DNA of 24,000 nucleotides, from NCBI GenBank assembly GCA_021841935.1, contig JAKCDL010000001.1, forward strand, positions 626 through 24,625, written 5' to 3'. Below, piece by piece: positions 8,728 through 18,647 of the stretch. The notes under the pieces are model-generated. The model saw only the letters and a program-made list of their open reading frames with translations. It was not told the DNA's origin and ran no database searches. The DNA comes from Actinomycetes bacterium. Its GTDB lineage: Bacteria; Actinomycetota; Acidimicrobiia; Acidimicrobiales; Acidimicrobiaceae. Numbering within the stretch: position 1 is the stretch's first letter; each line of letters starts with the position of its first letter. The translations under genes and the position numbers were made by a program.

Positions 8728-9423
8728 CTAAATACTCGCTAACGCCAACGCCCGCAATTCACTGACCGCACTCTTTAAACCTTCGGGATGCCGAAAAAGG
8801 CTCGATCCAGCAACGAGCGCCCTCGCACCGGCCCTTGCCGCATGAACAACGGTTGACGACGAAATTCCACCATCTACCTCAACCTCTACGAGATGGTCTG
8901 CCGCTTGAGCCAACTCTCTGGCACTCGTGATCTTCTTTGCCATCGTTGAGATGTAGGCCTGGCCACCAAACCCCGGGTTGACCGTCATTACAAGAATCAT
9001 ATCGACCAGATCAATGACGTTTTCGATCATCTCGATCGGTGTTGCTGGGTTGAGTGCAACACCAGCCTTTACACCTAACGACTTGACACGTCCCAGGCTA
9101 CGGTGCAGATGCTTAGTACTCTCGGCGTGGATAATCAGCTGGTTGCAACCAGCACTTACATAATCGGATAGGTACTGATCAGGAGCTTCTATCATAAGAT
9201 GAGCCTCGAAAGGTATGTCACAGTAGCTTCTTGTAGCCTTTATAACATCGGGGCCAAAGGTAAGATTAGGCACGAAAACACCATCCATGACATCCCACTG
9301 AATTCGGTCAACACCGGCCTGCTCTAGATCTCTTATCGCGCCTCCAAGATTTGCAAAATCAGCCGGTAGGACCGATGGAATAATTGAAATGTCGTCGATG
9401 GCTGCCACGGGACTGCTCACCAA
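8728..9423 (-). CDS. rpe: Ribulose-phosphate 3-epimerase
   Basis: Motifs IIPSVLPADFANLG, DVMDGVFVPNLTFG, HLMIE, MTVNPGFGGQ and VDGGI. GTG start at 9423 is preceded by GAAGGG. An in-frame GTG at 9408 is an alternative start. Confidence 0.93.
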   Translation of the reverse strand: MVSSPVAAIDDISIIPSVLPADFANLGGAIRDLEQAGVDRIQWDVMDGVFVPNLTFGPDVIKATRSYCDIPFEAHLMIEAPDQYLSDYVSAGCNQLIIHAESTKHLHRSLGRVKSLGVKAGVALNPATPIEMIENVIDLVDMILVMTVNPGFGGQAYISTMAKKITSARELAQAADHLVEVEVDGGISSSTVVHAARAGARALVAGSSLFRHPEGLKSAVSELRALALASI

Positions 9424-9746
9424 ACCCTTCGTACCTTCGAGTACACAACTTTTAAAAAGTCTTTTCGCTCTACCACTTCGATACTAAGATCGCCGTGGCG
9501 AAGCGGTGTAGTTTTTATTTATCATTGTCACCCTACACAATATTTCATCTTTGGTTTTCAAAGCGTCCCTCATAAGTGGGATTCCACCCCTTGGCTTTAT
9601 CGTCCGATTTCTACTTCTCATCCACATCAGATTCACCCTTTCGAGGGAAGATGCAAGATCTCTCGCTGTAATATCGTTTCATCAGAGGTTGGAAGGACAC
9701 ACCTACGACCTCGAGTGGTCGCTCTACGATCGACGAGGGGGTTGAG

Positions 9747-10418
9747 ATGTCAGCTGAAATGAAAGAAGAGGCGATTCACCTCCTATTAGTCGATGACCAA
9801 GAGATTATTCTCGATGGTCTAACGTCGATGCTACGTCGTTTCGAGGGCCAGGTTCACATTAGCGGTCGCGCAAAGGACGCCGTCGACGCGGTGAAATTTC
9901 TCGAAGACAACAGAGTCGACATAGTACTAAGTGACATTCGACTGAAGAACGGTAGCGGAATTGACCTTTGCAGAGAGGTCGCATCACGCCACCCCGAAAT
10001 CGCTGTTGTAATGCTGACCGTCTATGACGATGAACAATATCTCTATCAGGCCCTTCGATCAGGTGCAAAGGGATTCCTTCTCAAACAAATTGGCGCCGCC
10101 GAATTAGTCGAACAACTCATGAGAGTCCGAGACGGCGACATCGTCGTAGATCCCCATCTCGCTGGCAGAGTAGCCCTTTCAGCAGCCCGTCTTCATTCGG
10201 GGGAATTTTGGCCAGGCGCTCACCTAGGGCTGACCCAAAGGGAGTCAGAGGTGCTAGATCTTGTAACTAAAGGCCACTCGAATAAGGCGATAGCTGCGAA
10301 ACTATTTCTCGGTGAAGAGACTGTGAAGACGCATCTGAGTTCGATATATCGCAAATTAGGGGTTAGAGATAGGACTTCAGCCGTTGCCCTCGCAATGCGA
10401 GAAGCCATATTCAGATAG
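9747..10418 (+). CDS. NarL/FixJ (LuxR-type HTH) family response regulator
   Basis: Receiver domain with acidic pocket LLVDDQ, predicted phospho-acceptor Asp in VLSDIRL (D63), T in MLTVYDD and K in GFLLKQ. C-terminal LuxR HTH (LTQRESEVLDLVTKGHSNKAIAAKLFLGEETVKTHLSSIYRKLGV). SD GAGGGGG lies upstream of the ATG. Confidence 0.9.
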   Translation: MSAEMKEEAIHLLLVDDQEIILDGLTSMLRRFEGQVHISGRAKDAVDAVKFLEDNRVDIVLSDIRLKNGSGIDLCREVASRHPEIAVVMLTVYDDEQYLYQALRSGAKGFLLKQIGAAELVEQLMRVRDGDIVVDPHLAGRVALSAARLHSGEFWPGAHLGLTQRESEVLDLVTKGHSNKAIAAKLFLGEETVKTHLSSIYRKLGVRDRTSAVALAMREAIFR

Positions 10419-10445
10419 ATCACTCGAGACACATAAGGGCTACCG

Positions 10446-11600
10446 ATGGAAAAAGAGTTTCGCGAAGTTGACATATTACGCCTCGTCATTGACGCAATTA
10501 GCAGCGAAGCAGATATCGCAGCTCTAGCGGATCGAGTCGCAGAAGTTGTAATTGCATCAGTCGAGGCCGACGTCTGCTTTGTTCACCTCTTACGGGAAGA
10601 GGGGCGTTACATTGAACTAATTGGCGCAACCAAGCCCTACTCCTCTGAGCGCGGAAGAGTAAAGCTTGCCATCGGCGACGGAGTAAGTGGGTGGGTTGCC
10701 CAGGCTAAAGTACCACTGATCGTACCTAACAAATGGGAAGATTCAAGGTATCGCTATCTGCCAGAACTTGGTGGCGAGAACTATAAGTTCTTGATCTCTG
10801 TTCCAATGCTAAGTCGCAACTCAACTGCGATTGGCGTCTTGAACGTTCACTGGGCTGACGACCCCAGCAACGTCGAACAACTTCTCGAAGATTTAGTCTA
10901 CGTAGCCAACATCATTGCTCCGAGGCTTGAGAGCGCTGCAATCCTTGATCGCCTGAAACATCGCGAGGCTCAACTCGAGCGATTCGCGGCTGCCACCATT
11001 GACAGCATCGAGGCGGAGCGAAAGCGAATCGCAAATGATATCCACGATGGCGTAGGTCAACTCCTTCATTCAACCCTTTATCGGCTCGATGCGGCTCGTT
11101 ACTCCTTTGATATAAGTGAGAGTTTGGTCGAAATTGATCAAGCGAAAGCTCTAGTAGAAGCTGCAATCGCAGAGACGAAGAGTACAATCAGGAGACTTAG
11201 GCCAGAAGTCCTCGACGATCTTGGACTAATCGCTGCGTTGAAATCTCTCGCCGCAGCAGTAAATTCACCTCAAGTAGACGTCAACCTACCAAACGACTAC
11301 GCCATTGAACTTCCATCTACGGTTGAAACTTCGATCTATCGAATCGCCCAAGAGGCTCTCTCTAATGTACAGCGCCACTCCAACGCACAGTTTGCTACCC
11401 TCAACCTAGCGGTTCTAGAAGGCCCAAGAGAGATCACCCTCACAATAACCGACGATGGCGAAGGATTTGACGAAGATTCGGTAACTAAAGGTCTTGGACT
11501 TGACGGAATGCGGGAACGCGCCGAACTCATCGACGCTTCCATTGAGATCTATTCACGAAAGAATCACGGAACACGCATTACATTGCGAATTCCATTCTAA
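10446..11600 (+). CDS. Soluble sensor histidine kinase: N-terminal GAF domain + HisKA_3 dimerisation/phosphoacceptor + HATPase_c
   Basis: No obvious transmembrane segment. GAF-like region spans about residues 10-150. H-box ERKRIANDIHDGVGQLL is typical of NarX/DevS-type HisKA_3. N box is EALSNVQRHS, G1 is DDGEGF, G2 is GLGLDGMRERA. It starts 27 nt after the response regulator. Confidence 0.9.
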   Translation: MEKEFREVDILRLVIDAISSEADIAALADRVAEVVIASVEADVCFVHLLREEGRYIELIGATKPYSSERGRVKLAIGDGVSGWVAQAKVPLIVPNKWEDSRYRYLPELGGENYKFLISVPMLSRNSTAIGVLNVHWADDPSNVEQLLEDLVYVANIIAPRLESAAILDRLKHREAQLERFAAATIDSIEAERKRIANDIHDGVGQLLHSTLYRLDAARYSFDISESLVEIDQAKALVEAAIAETKSTIRRLRPEVLDDLGLIAALKSLAAAVNSPQVDVNLPNDYAIELPSTVETSIYRIAQEALSNVQRHSNAQFATLNLAVLEGPREITLTITDDGEGFDEDSVTKGLGLDGMRERAELIDASIEIYSRKNHGTRITLRIPF

Positions 11601-11684
11601 AAAGCAACTTCTTCAATAGCGCGAGCATTCAACAATGAACGATCTCAACGTTCCCCATGGCAAGTGGATGATTATTTGAATCTG

Positions 11685-12584
11685 TTATTCGGATGGACTT
11701 GCAAAGATACGCGAGGCAAGGAGATCATCGGCCTCTATCGTAATCAAATCCTTGCGCGTCAAACCCGAGCCACGCCTTTCAAAGATTCGGTTCGCCTGTC
11801 GTAGTCGAGCTCTATCGAGGGCATTCCTAATCGACCTTGCATTCGCGAAAAAGGGCTGCATCCGACGTAGCTCGATATAGCGTTTGAACGTTTCAGTAGC
11901 TTCATCACTAAATCGATAGTTCATCGAGGCTAACATCAACTTTGCTATAGCCAAGAGTTCGTCATCGTTGTAGTCAGGAAAATCGATATGGTGAGCAATT
12001 CTGCTATTCATACCTGGATTTGATGAGAAGAATTGACTCATGCGATCCTTGTATCCAGCGAGGATGACAACTAAGTCATCCCTTTGATTCTCCATAACCT
12101 GAAGTAAGATCTCAATAGCTTCAGCGCCATAATCTCGTTCGTTCTCAGGCTTGTATAGGTAGTAGGCCTCATCGATAAAGAGAACGCCTCCCATCGCCTT
12201 CTTGAGTACCTCTTTGGTCTTTGGTGCGGTGTGGCCAATGTATTGCCCCACGAGATCGTCACGGGTAACCGAGACTAGGTGTCCACTTCGTACGTACTCC
12301 AAGCGATGGAGAATTTCAGCCATACGAAGTGCAACCGTGGTCTTTCCAGTTCCGGGATTGCCCGTAAAACTCATATGCATCGAGGGTGTGGTGGTAGCGA
12401 GATCAAGGCTCTTACGTAACCTATCGACGACCAACAGTGCCGCAACCTCACGAATCCTGGTTTTTACCGGCGCTAAGCCGATCAACTCTTGATCGAGACG
12501 CGAAAGGACTTCTTCGATATTGGCATCTCGATAGATGGCCTCTAGATCGACCGACTCGCTATCGCTAAATTCATCCATATCCAA
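11685..12584 (-). CDS. cbbX: CbbX, AAA+ red-type RuBisCO activase
   Basis: Near-colinear with CbbX as I recall it: [13 protein letters not shown], Walker [76 protein letters not shown]. It lies directly downstream of cbbLS. The track start is TTG 12584; ATG 12578 is an alternative. Confidence 0.93.
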   Translation of the reverse strand: MDMDEFSDSESVDLEAIYRDANIEEVLSRLDQELIGLAPVKTRIREVAALLVVDRLRKSLDLATTTPSMHMSFTGNPGTGKTTVALRMAEILHRLEYVRSGHLVSVTRDDLVGQYIGHTAPKTKEVLKKAMGGVLFIDEAYYLYKPENERDYGAEAIEILLQVMENQRDDLVVILAGYKDRMSQFFSSNPGMNSRIAHHIDFPDYNDDELLAIAKLMLASMNYRFSDEATETFKRYIELRRMQPFFANARSIRNALDRARLRQANRIFERRGSGLTRKDLITIEADDLLASRIFASPSE

Positions 12585-12604
12585 CCAAACCTTTAAACGA
12601 AGCC

Positions 12605-12641
12605 CTGACCTGTTCCTTCAAGCGGTGAAGCAACAGGTCAG
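12605..12641 (-). promoter_or_regulatory. Long intercistronic stem-loop between cbbS and cbbX (mRNA stability or partial termination element)
   Basis: CTGACCTGTT at 12605-12614 pairs with AACAGGTCAG at 12632-12641. After a C/C mismatch, CTTCA at 12616-12620 pairs with TGAAG at 12626-12630 around a 5-nt loop. That gives 15 bp in total. It is not followed by a clean U-tract on the mRNA strand (ggcttcgtttaaagg). Confidence 0.5.
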
Positions 12642-12648
12642 ATAAGTA

Positions 12649-13083
12649 TTAGTATCGCTCTCCCTCCGGAGAATCGGTCGCATATGCGCTAATGCTGTAG
12701 CTCTGGGTTCTGCCTGGTCCTTCAATCCTCGTCAAACGGAAACCGGGCTCATTTGGTGGCCTATTTACAATGAAGGACATCGTCGGACTTTCAACTCCAC
12801 GCTCAGACGAGAAGGCCATCACCCTTACGTAGTGGTTAGGGAATGTCCTTCGGCACTCGTCAATCTCCATCATTATTCCCGCGGGATCTTTGAGGTCGAA
12901 CATCGGAAGGCCAAACATATCCCAGTAGGTATTTCGGGGGTGGGGATCATCTGTGTACTCAACGCTTACCGCCCAACCGTGGCTAATCGCCCACCTGAGC
13001 TGGGACTTGATCTGATCGTCAGTGAGATCGGGCAAGAAGGAGAATTGCCCTTGGGTTAGACGGTTTCCATAGTTTGTCATCAT
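12649..13083 (-). CDS. cbbS: RuBisCO small subunit, red-type (form IC/ID)
   Basis: Motifs QGQFSFLPDLTDDQI, GWAVSVEYTDDPHPRNTYWDMFGLPMFD and a C-terminal extension typical of red-type small subunits. SD GGAG is upstream. It starts 15 nt after the cbbL stop. Confidence 0.95.
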   Translation of the reverse strand: MMTNYGNRLTQGQFSFLPDLTDDQIKSQLRWAISHGWAVSVEYTDDPHPRNTYWDMFGLPMFDLKDPAGIMMEIDECRRTFPNHYVRVMAFSSERGVESPTMSFIVNRPPNEPGFRLTRIEGPGRTQSYSISAYATDSPEGERY

Positions 13084-13098
13084 TTTGGTAAAGGCTCC

Positions 13099-14658
<1,560 letters not shown>

Positions 14659-14724
14659 TTACTTCAGTTAAAACTTAAGTTATTTCTATGTTGAAGTGGT
14701 TTTTTGCTTATATAAGGAATCCAA

Positions 14725-14742
14725 ATTCATCGATCGTTGAAT
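14725..14742. promoter_or_regulatory. 18-bp near-perfect palindrome upstream of cbbL; candidate operator
   Basis: ATTCATCGATCGTTGAAT forms 8 of 9 symmetric pairs, with one T/T mismatch. It lies 124-141 bp upstream of the annotated cbbL ATG and next to a TATATAAG -10-like element on the minus strand. Confidence 0.35.
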
Positions 14743-14826
14743 ATCGGAGGCAGGACTTTACCGCCAGCACCCCTCAATGGATAGAGGCTCCAATTGTGTA
14801 AAAGCAAAACAGCTAAGCCCTATTAA

Positions 14827-14844
14827 CCCTCCTGACCAGGAGGG
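14827..14844 (-). terminator. Short GC hairpin downstream of the M24 peptidase gene (weak terminator candidate)
   Basis: CCCTCCTGACCAGGAGGG: a 6-7 bp CCCTCC(T)/(A)GGAGGG stem about 40 nt after the stop at 14884. No clear U-tract follows on the minus strand. Confidence 0.3.
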
Positions 14845-14883
14845 AGAAGAGCAGCTGGACAAAACAGCCTTTAAAAATCACCG

Positions 14884-16074
14884 TTACTCAACTACGTGAA
14901 GAGACCGGTCACTTCGATTTAACGACGCTCCTCTATGCTCTCCGACGACGTGGATATCTTCGATCCGGGCGCCGAACTTAGAAGGTATGTAAATTCCTGG
15001 CTCAATTGAAAAGGCGGCAAAGGGGCCGAGGGGCTCCTCGTTAGTTACAACCAAATAAGGCTCTTCGTGCTCTTCAATCCCAATTCCATGACCAGTTCTG
15101 TGGATGAAGTACTCACCGTAGCCACCCTCGGAAATCACTTCGCGGGCCAGAGCATCGCTTTGAGCACCACTCATATGGGAGGTCACTTCGTTACGGGCTC
15201 TCTCTTGAGCAGACTCCAATACCGAGTAGAGGTCGGCAAAGCCATCGGGTGATTCGCCCACCACAACGGTACGAGTGGTATCCGAACAGTAACCAACTTC
15301 ATCACCAAAGTTGTACATCCCGCCAAAGTCGAGAACTACAGAGTCGCCAAATTCGATGCGGCGGCTTGAGGGTTCGTGGTGGGGGCTTGCCGAATTAGGA
15401 CCCGATCCAACGATTGCAAAGTTGACTTTGCTGAGGCCCTCGGCGACGAGTCGTCGCGATATCTCATCCGAGATCTCCTTCTCGGTCTTACCTAAAAACG
15501 AGATCTCGCCAGCAAATATCGACTCGGCTACATGGTCTGTTATATGAGCCGCTCGTGCTAGCAAAAGTAGCTCAACTTCGTCTTTTTGGGACCTTAGCGG
15601 CGAGATTACGCTAGATGAGGCCACGAAGCTCTTAGCTGAGGGTATCTCGGCCTGAAGCGAGAGTAGAGCACTTGCCCACATACGATCTGAGACCGCGACG
15701 CTATGTGCATGGCCAACTAACCCCCCTACGATCGAAAATGGGTTACCCCCCTCTTTCCAGGGCAAAATATCGAAGAGTTCTGTCATTTCACGAACCCGTG
15801 GCGCCTCTAGTTCCGGGACGACAAGTGTCATTTGCGCATCTCTTGTGACTACAAGAGCCGTCAAACGCTCAAGAGGCATGGCTTCATAACCACAAAGCCA
15901 AGGAAGGTCGGCTCCAAGGGAGAGGATGAGGACGTCGACTTCTCGCTTTTCCATTTCAGATACAACTGATTCGAGGCGACCTTGACGTATTGACAAAAAC
16001 GCATCGTCGTCGTACTTTGAAAGTGCGACCTTTACTGCGTCCTCGTCAACGAGGTTATCGAAATCGAAACTCAT
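14884..16074 (-). CDS. M24B family Xaa-Pro peptidase (aminopeptidase P / prolidase-like)
   Basis: All five metal ligands of the pita-bread fold are recognisable: D in VLDFGG, D in CSDTTRT, H in HRTGHGIG, E in FSIEPG, E in ARIEDI. A creatinase-like N-terminal domain is present. The ATG lies 12 nt after the copA stop. Confidence 0.85.
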   Translation of the reverse strand: MSFDFDNLVDEDAVKVALSKYDDDAFLSIRQGRLESVVSEMEKREVDVLILSLGADLPWLCGYEAMPLERLTALVVTRDAQMTLVVPELEAPRVREMTELFDILPWKEGGNPFSIVGGLVGHAHSVAVSDRMWASALLSLQAEIPSAKSFVASSSVISPLRSQKDEVELLLLARAAHITDHVAESIFAGEISFLGKTEKEISDEISRRLVAEGLSKVNFAIVGSGPNSASPHHEPSSRRIEFGDSVVLDFGGMYNFGDEVGYCSDTTRTVVVGESPDGFADLYSVLESAQERARNEVTSHMSGAQSDALAREVISEGGYGEYFIHRTGHGIGIEEHEEPYLVVTNEEPLGPFAAFSIEPGIYIPSKFGARIEDIHVVGEHRGASLNRSDRSLHVVE

Positions 16075-16086
16075 AACTGCCTCTTC

Positions 16087-18330
16087 TTAAAACTTCCTAC
16101 AACCTGCTCTACCAATCGAGAGCAACCTAAGACTATTCAACACAACGAAAACCGACGAGAATGCCATAGCTAATCCCGCCAACATAGGCGAAACTACACC
16201 AAAAATCGCAAGCGGGATCGCAATAACATTGTAAATGAAAGCCCAGAATAGATTGCCTCGCAATACCCTTTGCGTCTTACGTGCTATAAAAATCGCATCC
16301 GCCACTCCCGCGAGAGAGGGTGAAAGCACAACCACATCGCCAGCTTCCTTGGCAAAAGCGCTTCCATTTCCCATCGCAACGCCGAGATCTGCGCTTCCGA
16401 GGGCCAACGCATCATTTATGCCGTCGCCAACCATCGCTACTCTTTTCCCATCGCTTTGCAATTTGGAAACTAAATCGCGCTTGCCCTCTGGCAGAACTTC
16501 TCCGTAGTAGGTTTTTATCTTTAGTTGCCTAGCAATCCTCTCCACTGCGGAAGGCGCGTCTCCTGAAGCGACAATTACTTCGATTCCCATAGAAGAAAGG
16601 AAAGACAAAGCCTCTTGGGTATTGGAGCGAATGGAATCATCGACTACCAAATAGGCAACTAACGAGCCGTTACGAGTGACATAAATTGTCGTTCCCCGCG
16701 GCGCCTCAGCCGAGGACAACTGGTCTCCAAAGAATGGTTGCGCGGGATCTGAAAGGGCAAATCGCGAGCTTCCGATCCGATACTTATCCTCGCCTACGAA
16801 CCCCTCCAAGCCTGAACCAAGATAACTTTGGAATCTATCGACTTTGATTCGCTCGTAGTCTCCGCGAAAGCGTCGTATTGAGGCAGCAACCGGATGACTT
16901 GATCCCTCTTCAATTGAGGCCACGATATCCAACAATGCTTCGGGATCTTCACCATCAGCGACCTCGAAGCTCACAACTTCAAAGGTACCGTTCGTCAAAG
17001 TACCTGTCTTGTCAACGACGGCAACGTCGATCTTTCCCGCTCGCTCCAACACCTCTGGGCCGCGAATTAGAACACCGTCCTTTGCCGCTCGCGTTAGTCC
17101 AACCATGGTTGCCATCGGTGTTGCAAGCCCAAGTGCGCACGGACAGGCAATAACAAGAGTCGCCACAGAGTAGACGACACTTTTAGCAAATGACTCTCCC
17201 AGCACCATTCGGATCACTAGTTCGACGATCGCAATGGAGACAACGACGGGTACAAAAACAAGTGAGATACGATCGGCCAAATGTTGGATCTCAGCCTTTT
17301 TCCCTTGAGCCTGTTCTACTCGTGCAGCTATACGCGCGACAAATGTATCCTTGCCTACCCGTTGAGCCTTCACATTTATGTGGCCTTCGACCACAACGGC
17401 TCCCGCGATGACGTCATCTCCAGCGTTTGCCAACTTCGGTTCAACTTCACCAGTAATTGAAGGAGACGAAATCAGTGCACTCCCGTCAGTTATAGTTCCA
17501 TCCACCGGGACCCGACTACCTTCACGAAGTCTAAAGATCATCCCTTTAGTGATCGATCGCGCCTCAAGGGTCGTAACATTACCGCCTGATTCAACCTCTA
17601 CGATATCGTCGTCAAAGTTGACCAATTCGCTCAGTGCAAGACGACTTCTCCTCTTTCCGCGCGCCTCAATGTAACGGCCAAGAAGTATTACCGTGATGAT
17701 TACCGCCGCCGAATCGAAGTAGAGTCCACTCCCACTACTTCTAAAGATGTCACTAAAGCCAGCCATCGCGCGGTAGGAGGCACCGCCAAGTCCCGCTACG
17801 AATAGCTCATACATAGAAAATAAGAACGCAGAGAGGGTACCAACAGATACAAGGGTATCCATCGTCGCGTTCTTGTGACGGAGGTTCAACCATGCGCTCT
17901 TATGAAATGTCCGTCCGAAGTAGAAGACGATCACACCACTAAGGGTAAAGGCGATGTACTGCCAATAGTCAAATTCAAAGGCTCTGACCATCGAAATTGC
18001 AACCACAACGATCGATAAGATCGCCGAAAAAATAAGGTTAGCTCGAAGCTTTTTTACCTCGGAGTCAGTGCCAAGAACGCTACCGAAGTCGCCCTCTTCT
18101 CCAATTGCATCTGCATCGTAACCGATAGATCGAATCGCTTCGATTAGATCGAGTTGATCTATACTTCCGCTTCGCACCTCAACTAATGCTCTTTCGGTTG
18201 CAAAGTTAACACTTGCCGATGCGCCGTCGATTTTATTGAGTTTCTTTTCAATACGAGCAGCGCACGAGGCGCATGTCATACCCTTAATTCCGAGATCTAT
18301 ATGGACGATATCGTCCCCAACGCTCTTCAT
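16087..18330 (-). CDS. copA: Copper-translocating P1B-type ATPase
   Basis: One N-terminal HMA domain (GMTCASCAARIEKKL), transmembrane CPC motif (ACPCALGLATP), phosphorylation site DKTGTLT, an HP motif (SSHPVA) and hinge GDGINDA. Confidence 0.93.
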   Translation of the reverse strand: MKSVGDDIVHIDLGIKGMTCASCAARIEKKLNKIDGASASVNFATERALVEVRSGSIDQLDLIEAIRSIGYDADAIGEEGDFGSVLGTDSEVKKLRANLIFSAILSIVVVAISMVRAFEFDYWQYIAFTLSGVIVFYFGRTFHKSAWLNLRHKNATMDTLVSVGTLSAFLFSMYELFVAGLGGASYRAMAGFSDIFRSSGSGLYFDSAAVIITVILLGRYIEARGKRRSRLALSELVNFDDDIVEVESGGNVTTLEARSITKGMIFRLREGSRVPVDGTITDGSALISSPSITGEVEPKLANAGDDVIAGAVVVEGHINVKAQRVGKDTFVARIAARVEQAQGKKAEIQHLADRISLVFVPVVVSIAIVELVIRMVLGESFAKSVVYSVATLVIACPCALGLATPMATMVGLTRAAKDGVLIRGPEVLERAGKIDVAVVDKTGTLTNGTFEVVSFEVADGEDPEALLDIVASIEEGSSHPVAASIRRFRGDYERIKVDRFQSYLGSGLEGFVGEDKYRIGSSRFALSDPAQPFFGDQLSSAEAPRGTTIYVTRNGSLVAYLVVDDSIRSNTQEALSFLSSMGIEVIVASGDAPSAVERIARQLKIKTYYGEVLPEGKRDLVSKLQSDGKRVAMVGDGINDALALGSADLGVAMGNGSAFAKEAGDVVVLSPSLAGVADAIFIARKTQRVLRGNLFWAFIYNVIAIPLAIFGVVSPMLAGLAMAFSSVFVVLNSLRLLSIGRAGCRKF

Positions 18331-18341
18331 AGCTTCGCCGA

Positions 18342-18548
18342 TTAGGCAACGACTACTTCGTAGCCCGCCTCTTCGACGGCAGCGACGACATCTTCATCGC
18401 TATAGCCTTCTCCAGAAACCCGCAGAGTCTTTTCTTCTAGCGAGACTAAAACTTCGCTGACTCCATGGACTTTCTCAACCTCTTCAGTAACTGCGCTAAC
18501 GCAGTGGCCACAGGTCATGCCTTCAACTTGATAGATCTTTTCTGCCAT
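18342..18548 (-). CDS. copZ: Copper chaperone, heavy-metal-associated domain
   Basis: 68 aa with GMTCGHC metal-binding motif and a ferredoxin-like HMA layout. It sits 11 nt upstream of copA. Confidence 0.9.
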   Translation of the reverse strand: MAEKIYQVEGMTCGHCVSAVTEEVEKVHGVSEVLVSLEEKTLRVSGEGYSDEDVVAAVEEAGYEVVVA

Positions 18549-18592
18549 CTCAAACTTCCTTAACTTGCCATACCAACTTGCTATTAGACCAA

Positions 18593-18620
18593 ATTATACG
18601 CCCTAGAGGTGTATTGGAAA
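18593..18620 (-). promoter_or_regulatory. Candidate copZA promoter with a CsoR-like pseudo-palindromic operator in the spacer
   Basis: On the minus strand: TTTCCA (18620-18615), 16 nt, then TATAAT (18598-18593). The spacer plus -10 reads ATACACCTCTAGGGCGTAT. Its outer ATAC/GTAT and inner CC/GG are symmetric, which resembles ATACCC..GGGTAT CsoR operators as I recall them. Confidence 0.4.
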
Positions 18621-18647
18621 GGATGCCAAATGTCACAAAGTTCGGTG

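Noticed and set aside
9551-9745. 64-aa ORF whose stop abuts the response regulator start
   Set aside because: It has a TTG start without an SD and a low-complexity hydrophobic or arbitrary composition. It lies in a promoter region. There is no support beyond being open.
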